A DNA stretch of 57,162 nt. Source: a virus (Duplodnaviria; Caudoviricetes). The stretch is from the IMG/VR virus record IMGVR_UViG_3300001335_000513, positions 1 to 57,162 of that record, one strand, 5' to 3'. Shown here one piece after another: positions 52,101 to 57,162 of the stretch; within the stretch, counting starts at the first letter, position 1; each line of letters begins with the position of its first letter. Made by a program: the position numbers and the translations under genes. Under the pieces are notes generated by a model. It ran no database searches and was not told where the DNA came from. It saw only the letters and a program-made list of their open reading frames with translations.

Positions 52101-53959
52101 CATTAATTGGTACAGCAACGAACTTAACTGTTGGATTGGTAAATGTTGGAAATTGGGAAATACTTCCCAAGATTGGAAAGTATAATCTTAACCAACCAGG
52201 ATGGAGTTATCCTCAAAAAAAATACGGATGGCCAAAGAAAAGACAAATAATCGGTACTAACAGTTTAATTCCTTCTATAGCACATCCAAGATTATTTGCT
52301 GAATTTATGAAATCATGGTACATCATGAGAGCATATGAGATAGCAAACATTACTGAAGAGATTGATATAAATAAATTTGTTAAGTCGTGGAATTCTTTAA
52401 CTTCTACTGCGTTTATATCTGTAGAGTTTGCTGAAATGTTAATACAAGTACCTATATTTCGTGGTACTCTTACAGAAGCAGAATGGAACGCTTATGATGA
52501 AAAAGGCAATGTAAAAATTATAGAAACTTACGATAATTTAGGAAATTTAATACGTAAACCAGACCCGAATGCATTATCTCCTACAAGAGCAGAAGAAGTT
52601 AGGGTTAAACTTGCCAATATTCACGGAAGTTATGGATGGGCAAGAGCACAATATAGTCACAACCAAGTAGGTAGAAGTTTTGGACAGTTTTGGATACCAT
52701 GGTTTTTAGCTATGGAAAAAAATATGTTCAGAAGATATTCAGTAGACTATTCTGGTATTGCTCGAATTGGATATTTCAATTCAATTATTCAATCGTTAAG
52801 AATACTTGCTTACAACTTTACTTTTAATCGTGAACAGAAATATATAGCAACACTTGATAAGATATATAAATATCATGGTTTCAAAAATATTCATGATTTA
52901 TCTTTAATTGAGACTTTAATTGCGGAAAGCGAAGGAAAGAAAATATCATTAAAAGAAGTTCCAAGAGAAATTTATAATGGTTATATAAGGAGTGTAACAT
53001 ACGCTGCGATTGTTATGATGATGGGTTTTTTAGATGATTGGGTGGAAGATGAGATAAGAAACATAGAATACTATTGTGTTGATTTTATGGGTATCCCAAT
53101 TCATTACAAGAAAAAAACAATTAATGAATTAACTCCTGAAGAAAGGCATAAAAGATATAAACTACAATTAGTTAAAAGATGTATTGGAATAGCTAAAGCT
53201 GATATAACAATTCCTATCACTCCTTTAACTTGGTTTATTGATGATTTAGGTCAAGAAGGTGATGATTTTATTCTTTCAAAGGTTGGTAAGCCAGCAGCAG
53301 TACTTGTTTATTTTGAAAACTTATTTGATTTAATCCAAGCAGCTACAAGTAACTCTGTATATGAACGTTCTGGAGAAAGATATATGATGGGTGAAAGCAA
53401 ATTTTGGAATAAATTTTGGGGAATGATGGTTATAACTGGTCCTGTATACAAAGAATTTACACGTCAATACAGGTCTTATAACGAAATTGCTGAAGAAGAA
53501 TATTTAAAAAAGAAAACTTTAGATGAAACTAAACAAATGTATATATGGCATTTGTCAAGAGAATTATTTAGTTATACTATTGATTCTGATAAACCAGTAT
53601 ATGAACAAGAAAAATGGGATGATTACTGGAAACATTTAATAAATATTTTAAGTACAGAAGAAGATGATGAATCTTTAGAAATTTCTTCAGCAAAAATGGA
53701 ATATAAAGAAGAGATTGAAAGTATAATGTATGAAGTACCTGAAGATTTTCAAGTAAAAGAAGTATTCAGCCATGTTTTAGCATTAACAACATACATTGTC
53801 AATAATATTGAGATTCTTGAAAAGGAAATAAGCAAAGAAAATCCAGACATAACAGTTGAAGAAATAAATGAGTTATTTTCCAAAAAAATTGAAAATGTAA
53901 CTAAAGAATTGATGAAACAAAGGAAAGAACAATTCGAAGCTGGACCTAAGCAAAAATGA
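37127..53959 (+). CDS. giant virion RNA polymerase polyprotein (5610 aa)
   Basis: NAGSDFDGD at 47303-47329 preceded by TTRVP; also a HECLH zincin motif and an ART-like domain. Confidence 0.88.
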   Translation: MPEEIQKNIHKELKEAGAKKVPVHKDGLPSFTLPANIDPFDLLLTDEEKLLKEEKNKVKENTVVPKPFMLEKQDGDTQDKKTKGIDSESLNIPDPIDLKNNEVTPVSKVESPNIKGFNEKYAFLMDQEKVDKYLAGKIKDDELPEYLHYKFDESNATPEEKKYIKENPKNFYTQLTFTGDIVPHPIMNSHLVEPGKKIANIDEGTAPSEKLEERRRQDKYKEVLSEIMPFIANENNLLDNFYQDLVTDDQFIEYKARYDEHSNILKLYNEAKTKQKNNEWPFNEEAEPKDRIEEERNLFLGFGRGPRDVEKQQGTIYGIMQDYQNKKIDEYVEDNFSGIHTEFREQIKNYYKETVDAKQEGEVVLQKTQEKLQELGINISEEDIDNIALELNNATTELNTLQTKLSEEINEIHIQNEDEYLSLSEKIENEYRGQLSSLKSWAEQPDITDQSYKIRVAAYNDLVEKYNNEHKQAYNKYLENHNKNVVEKSKEYEEFLNKKQEELLKDILENSNFYFDEKSDELKLNEDIIKQVEKIYEETYKEHNKETLLNNLAKYNRQNWWARKASAWKAGWADFWSSMSGGVSWILSKEIGQKWEEISEGYGWLGFKDLEIYLKRKANEKIDMQTMVRKLPREHYEELGFTDEEIARFEDHNLVGTFSYRDLLTESFWTTEFIRMLPLTTSMLVPALAGGVLGQRIGGIVSKRFMGNLLSKSGKVYLKSSMAGIVGAVSSRPFENFLEAGGAWVETLENGGTLKEAAANASSVYRSNWNLIGLDALQIGFAFTPLRGRFFKLVGVMAFEGASNNFEERYQEWLVHRRFNPLVTFSEYATSPEGNMVGILGTLNAWGFMVPNAAGIVSTNEKKAKRKMQANTLVRLFEIGQDLTKRKKELTQIFEHYKATGIITFEEYTEALKMLEKTHNILKTIQGMDDFELRAAQLMELSAEETELLTRIANAKDGTISEALKESHKDLKKQIKDIISGKAPGYFINGVPISKSEIQNLLENKEFVKQVMSGVHQVNILNDSALQKQYNQLIEKSVNENTALIEKLNKARKSITKQILEEKISLKPNKNKLISLVKRLAHIEKVKNKVLGKIAVGKQTRRADKLSPSIKGKGRVRIKRAVKALKSVKSPEQAVAIIYDFEKTLGMGATATAAEKAYITRTKNRLSKLGYTWSNPTHQVYDEKSNVEVVGYKENTKLLFGQRIIGEVISPEISKDGKVVSPAKVILEVGVAKENALTAQEYSDKFFADREKRKGKVDVVEVKEKQQLKAKELIEKVAKELGYEHIPTRNENDLGSPATGTKTLFDEAEKGEHEFPPSVNKGDVLEVRLEKNTKGKRVPSRIDPKRPKYKHFLSLFKDGKLVGAIAYESNQEKAVLKLLESGKKVYALVTKANAPFGFNYELLSETDDKPQEDGNNVLNSIEIPSIEEIGKVKSKNELFEFVKEFMKGNNRKISLLVEEEIKNHLLEKLFKNVGNASLPYVEAMPGLLIQRTTRSIKNTKEARYNAFVRVDSEAYKRYRGYLTSKVIKVHNQDYVALTSQFYLVTPDELKEFKKKYRKISKGIFEMKPASRVNIGSIIRKFLNATQSLEGETILWDNLNKGLELNEHISNILEEELKKNTKENREATKNLLLSLFPSQDKFIDELLDNMSDNFISRIIVTTAKLRKGVAANVTAVENIPFKDNSFLNQLLEISNLFKNNISYRQIITIMSKNQTPYIGLKEYFKHINNLIYEEEREGTDITQEELFLLKDYITKWDGFYKYLKTVNFKHTKLTIMYLAGYGKIASYKLDRMIIQARHSIQTSFESKLIELNKETLDELQLKKLRLILNIKEMFFLDRYGKYNIESGSLPNDLKYRIYDIKLAEEYSSIYSFYHECLHALDFLTKGTKENKSLHKFVENLYSIPKVKEYFDNVVDPSYIKIHGENYNEAYRRAERFAHILTAIVQKKGELWQIIKMSYISNGKDYVSLITVLKALINDLLQLFFGNRFKVQNEVNLSELDKINQQVYDLFSRKDLFEEYYYEVNDMKIGVQLSTPESYKNLEEKLQKLIEKSEQEGLIKDYKVFVKIDDKLQESELFKRINKIYSYSDALKIYHLTKLPEFKKWFKGSVIVNRQGEPLLMHHGSNRLRNRFSFEGLAKIARGGTHGFGFGHYTTNVFKRALEEYSKEDKRIISYISKKYSHFERQAAPENIVYDMFLNLKKVFKLDEALTDEQIKEFENIDVFIYEEGNEPDLKYRFNTEFSGSAYIRPSQVKYHISESGELTIVKNKLDTLPPYILYILISERNQLEYEEGRITPDDFEEKWDEAIHSLNYISDEYTIGMMITSIQLDELGYDGIEHLRRDRSGEVHYIIFDGNNMKSVNNYGNFQKESDNIYYSLDTEEGDKILDPESVSKKEYTEKAINELKAYIPLLIENGLTKKSQIKEGLKVLTAKSTNSELISKIIDENIGKILGKGGFQNIRLSKEDPGTLISNKEAKELKEALGFVVDENLMEDDELIEVTESFFITQEKRIEAQRAVFRRFMNQLKRKYGIQDPERLIYNVIRRKDFKKALHNQETFDKYIENLKKTQPEIYKAIKEDQIISLDELVSLEVFYGSLVLLQSVVADVRDNRSIKIYNRNKEIDIVGLERKAKQNIRTFTYENELDPNKALTKIYWDYFIKRDNNQPSYEHQIKDLYRNQPDKMMSELIDLYCNFLEEVTGVNASVWEGYFTVENEKKFITSQGKEQPGIIYFMNADAIKKPNTSLAVQKYFLDKDVKGNDSKILRLVRFGKFVDSISFSFNNVVNNREVSFELYSTLLKEAENLHKYAKQKRFKSNGYVQWIASTGQSAEIVKFNGIISQKSNKGQEAFKMDNTSLLEVLMAMFNKSTDDTYMQYLGQFADKKQTYLARVKKVHDAKKVYEELYENIKDKKLKNKLVDPKLITDEYLYDTFSELIRGSSEFKNIRSRNEIITFLKEFYFNYSLNKYWTNEAFHGNLDNYNAYTRFIKIAGSTNSPGYIPNIYVEGGVGQTHNHMIISDKINKLGLPALDGIVLITQDYANKLEKSLGSVLSRSKQYKLMDSCKALYSEIDSQGNHIVTKGNMIVIDNLANAFPNSGYAKLFEIMKKNGIDMVSSYPSTTKITNEKATEVFDKNGNILKNISLTIYKRSNENIFVQQDLRHSTNPNKKKLPKQTISNLLHLGISTDVVRLIRRYNNHMISEIENYTWEKWKELLSEQMDEERFEDLLLYIEMDGNEFNPFYDNILSKFKSSIIKKNAFDLKVSRVALQEVPDIDNTLESMKIVKYDGKEVIRLPRVNLNIKGIRYTEDSPVFTKKSSAISYASKFDDMLDENGDVRVWEIDEIVSKGKKTYVVPGEYVFTTRVPADFLHSHVVHRANKRIPGAGNIIITDNETQNNAGSDFDGDKRYVMTYGRTKAGKIIRQVKETLTKFVDISESEKKSPYFQKDLRKFQKATKFIANGEEGTSTRAYANAVDSDIYMTGNYSPQDRVAYSVNGGTNAVEDAESIKPELKKAMDAGATIIGDNEFHRSRKYNAGERIIAEYLEENGYEEIGEGIWEPIEGKEDKIKEDKNITEKNSLLNEILDLIAVAWYEPANYGIINEAIDKNKYDETYENLEKNIGKTRLFNDIVEDFRARNEIRAGAVSVGIAANISTLWSFLRNAKIKYKTKFNIPFPIYESTDPKKLLRWVSIGEISEDNENILKNHFGNLLNIMLDNVKDPKIERMGWNDVTAPIGLFLLMSMPEMDQKMSYDENVVKWIDQISTYLNTPLVKEYVKLKRKIMNPSFNFKKKEMWNILSSNQKFDKAEIATLKLLERTVDEMNSFTDFVNLIFEIPDSPGKLYLAESVLHRIAHNKYNLYNLENIIDNTGFKGMFGLAQESYNASLEKVFGNSVETWSITNTVVKALAKNKSVYERNISPKGLESIEALGFMSEDELKKIVRGIKQLISVVAFSNGLTFEQLENDITDFMKENQMNDFVQMLQFVNYEEKELNVGVKPRQFIQIRDNYRHVPASKFYINAARKAFQEMSIPLQNKFIAYGIMKYGLTLSSFQGGYMSLIPVDTQVRIGNIMAYYFRQSSYNSESFTQYIETNSLIEMLQMFNSEYDLSDTFKGVFKNGIPDPNKIDVFIQGILKIGYEAKEKKQNVGDAIGQYVHDNFPELTPLYKYWVEEFSPLQNSMRFGQFLAEKRTWFEIWDERLKQLQQDNGILYADIFGIKALIFNPLISVIRAMLKLYGAALSEKAAIRQVLQFIYDPNKFYRNMEERGMEDITKTDEFKALVEVLNENPLLVQKMKDRWKNEGGIDEIENKLADLYSFVMDLSDSKVFNKYHRDRWILAESAKAKDELQKIFKGNLSNSDFATFVRLLEIIPRLKKGKKLPREADIFKDKLMKKGISENDVDNMSIHMKIFCYFNDRSATKQVTVKTKEETTEHPAPMSEETYLDKKKIPQNAPLYTDEEFDIPEDMPISLQRLIRNPEADENAKAIYARYILSIYKLWQQMELLKEVNFNNLNAKDIKILRLVKTRIQSLDTFAVQNVLDFLNHILGMKEMMNQVVTEMEYGNPQTPGLAMIFVVDLYKNKSLGEFKANRFAPFKTFFIHRYEIHKNMPGVQLFVQKLSETHRLAKQEQNYYKSILRDCLKGLKGIKSQNYVKWDDENVDGTPSSDRYFINPKMISGEKFYGKKLTEQQNNSFQILRSIYGHKDFEKRKGEVTNLSDKMIQQFISYYNLYNMVVDFYKKYNPGYSVLQENHDLSNAPYILVPTAFISPNEFFSKYVLNKDTLKDPTKLGKYKLVYNALKPSSLDNFLGNDAGETLGQIKAKVADIIYYYGPTKAYKILRDAKKYATRQKQVERKDIAIAKEDVMTVKNNNTGKLDFPLDLHTQDIGYALSLMINSVVNSYYMAAIEPFMSYVNDKHKGSELRDSPYSYMKRELYHEIYGLRSEDEYNPYYLALKFFTTLTAFSVLPFNIGAFWGNLAAGIFQNLIMHPVRYTSGIAKTLIGTATNLTVGLVNVGNWEILPKIGKYNLNQPGWSYPQKKYGWPKKRQIIGTNSLIPSIAHPRLFAEFMKSWYIMRAYEIANITEEIDINKFVKSWNSLTSTAFISVEFAEMLIQVPIFRGTLTEAEWNAYDEKGNVKIIETYDNLGNLIRKPDPNALSPTRAEEVRVKLANIHGSYGWARAQYSHNQVGRSFGQFWIPWFLAMEKNMFRRYSVDYSGIARIGYFNSIIQSLRILAYNFTFNREQKYIATLDKIYKYHGFKNIHDLSLIETLIAESEGKKISLKEVPREIYNGYIRSVTYAAIVMMMGFLDDWVEDEIRNIEYYCVDFMGIPIHYKKKTINELTPEERHKRYKLQLVKRCIGIAKADITIPITPLTWFIDDLGQEGDDFILSKVGKPAAVLVYFENLFDLIQAATSNSVYERSGERYMMGESKFWNKFWGMMVITGPVYKEFTRQYRSYNEIAEEEYLKKKTLDETKQMYIWHLSRELFSYTIDSDKPVYEQEKWDDYWKHLINILSTEEDDESLEISSAKMEYKEEIESIMYEVPEDFQVKEVFSHVLALTTYIVNNIEILEKEISKENPDITVEEINELFSKKIENVTKELMKQRKEQFEAGPKQK

Positions 53960-53989
53960 TGATAATTTGATTTAAAAACACCTTTAATA

Positions 53990-53997
53990 TATATTTG
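53990..53997 (+). promoter_or_regulatory. Bacteroidota -7 promoter element
   Basis: TATATTTG with TTTG at 53966-53969, upstream of ATG 54015. Confidence 0.65.
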
Positions 53998-54014
53998 TTA
54001 AAAACAATTAAAAA

Positions 54015-54650
54015 ATGATAAGTCTTGATATTAGAACTGCTGTAGAACAACTTAATAACGGTTCTACCATAAGGTTGATTGATGTTACTGGTGTTGCTGA
54101 TGGAACAAACTTTCCGGATGGATGGAGTGATGGTGTATATTCTACACATAATCCTTTACAATCTGATGCTGATTCTGTCATCATAAAAATATCTTACGGT
54201 GGTGTTGAATATTCAGTTACTTACACGGGAAGTGATCTTAATGATTATTTAAATCCTATGATTGGTAAGAGTTTTGATGCATCTACTGTATTGGGTTCGG
54301 GATATACTTATTTTGAAGACGGTATTTACACAATTACAGTAACTTTTTCAGGACCTACTGTACAAGGTGTAGCAAATCCATGGGAACAATCTTCAGAAAT
54401 TCAAGAAGCATTGTTATGGTCTTTAAGAAACAAAACAAGGCAAATGTTGGCAGAGATTGAAGTTCCTATCAAAAATTATATGGAACCTTTCGCTGCTGCA
54501 CTTTTGAATTCTTTGTTTGATGATATATATTTTTTATGCCAATTTGGTCAGGCAGGTAAAGCCCAAGATGTTATTGATTATCTTACGAGTGTGTTGGAAA
54601 CTCAAACAAAGTTAACAGAACTATTTAAAAATTTCCAAAACTATGAGTGA
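54015..54650 (+). CDS. tail hub-like virion protein
   Basis: LIDVTG....PDGW and FEDGIYTIT motifs; precedes the fibre genes. Confidence 0.55.
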   Translation: MISLDIRTAVEQLNNGSTIRLIDVTGVADGTNFPDGWSDGVYSTHNPLQSDADSVIIKISYGGVEYSVTYTGSDLNDYLNPMIGKSFDASTVLGSGYTYFEDGIYTITVTFSGPTVQGVANPWEQSSEIQEALLWSLRNKTRQMLAEIEVPIKNYMEPFAAALLNSLFDDIYFLCQFGQAGKAQDVIDYLTSVLETQTKLTELFKNFQNYE

Positions 54651-55751
54651 TATAAAATTAGATAAATACGGTTCTAACAACGTAAGAGTTCTTGCTGGAG
54701 CGAGAGGAATACAGGGTTCAAAAGGAAGTACTGGCGGTACAGGACCTACTGGCAATACTGGCAGTACAGGAACAACTGGCTCAACTGGGAGTACTGGTGC
54801 TACAGGTCCTACAGGTTCTGGTGGTAATACTGGAAATACTGGTTCAACAGGACCTACTGCAGCAACTGTTAATCATTCAAATGTAGACCGAAACACAATA
54901 ATTATTCCATCAAGTTCTTCAGGAATCATCCATACCTACGATGATGCTGAAGTAACATTGAGAGTTTATGAAAACGGAAAGCAAGTGGATGTTAGTGGAT
55001 TAACTTTGGGTTTTAATGTTTTAAATGTAACTTTATCTCAAACTGCTGAATTGGTCGGAAATTGTTATGGCAGAATAGTTTCAGTAACAAACCTTGCCGC
55101 TACAACAGGAAAATTTACGATAAACACACCTTATGGTGGTGAAACTTTGCAAAATGTAGTATATGTTGCAAAATCTCTTGATGGTTCAAAAGGAGATACT
55201 GGAGTTACTGGTGTAACAGGTAATACAGGATTGCCAGGAATAACTGGAGCAACTGGTTATACAGGACCTATTGGTGCTACTGGTCTAACAGGAGATACAG
55301 GTGTAGCTGGAGCTGTAGGTGCTGTGGGTGCTGATGGAGCAACTGGAGCAACTGGACCTACCGGTTCAGATGGACATATAAAATACGCAAGTATTACATT
55401 AAGTGATGCCAGTTTAAAAGGTGGAATTGACAGTGGATATGTAGTTATACCTGCTGTAGCCGGTAAAGTTCATGTGCCTGTATTAGTGAGAGTATCAAAT
55501 ATCGTTGGTGTATCAGATTTCAATTTTGGCGGGGCATTACTTCGTTTTAAATATACATCTGGTGGGGGCGATATCGTAACATTTACAAATGGTTTTTTAG
55601 AAACCTCAAGTAACAGAATTGACTGGTCTATACCAAGTGGAAGGTATGAAGATTCTTATCAAAATTCATCTATCCGTGTTTACACAGATAATGTTGCTGG
55701 TACTGGTGTTGGTGGAGAAATTCTCGTTGAAATATATTACATTGAATCGTA

Positions 55752-55752
<1 letters not shown>
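54643..55752 (+). CDS. collagen-like fibre protein
   Basis: Two (G-x-T)n blocks. Confidence 0.75.

Positions 55753-57162
<1,410 letters not shown>

Noticed and set aside
37127-53959. Inteins or introns in vRNAP (also checked in terL)
   Set aside because: No LAGLIDADG or Hint-type motifs recognised; frames are uninterrupted

Overview
A 57-kb segment of an AT-rich, crAss-like (Crassvirales-type) phage genome, probably infecting Bacteroidota (TAnnTTTG promoters, no Shine-Dalgarno-type leaders seen). It reads in the standard genetic code. Left arm (1-11.4 kb, mostly minus strand): partial C5 DNA methyltransferase, RuvC-like resolvase, GHKL-like ATPase, a RepL-like initiator next to an iteron-like repeat cluster, and a run of small gene cassettes, most preceded by a CCATCAT(T/A/C) motif. 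Right arm (11.5-57 kb, plus strand): lysis genes, nuclease, terminase, portal, major capsid, tail ring and muzzle genes, ejected cargo proteins, a 5610-aa virion RNA polymerase polyprotein (DFDGD) and collagen-like fibres. Most notable unexplained signals: (1) three intergenic 'hairpin - anti-start-codon - terminator' elements that look like small RNAs complementary to the start regions of the phage's own left-arm genes; (2) the CCATCAT cassette motif, a candidate virion-RNAP promoter or shuffling unit; (3) an in-frame TGA at a conserved Cys of a DUF4326 protein; (4) accessory domains inside the vRNAP. All calls come from reading motifs by eye; no searches were run.
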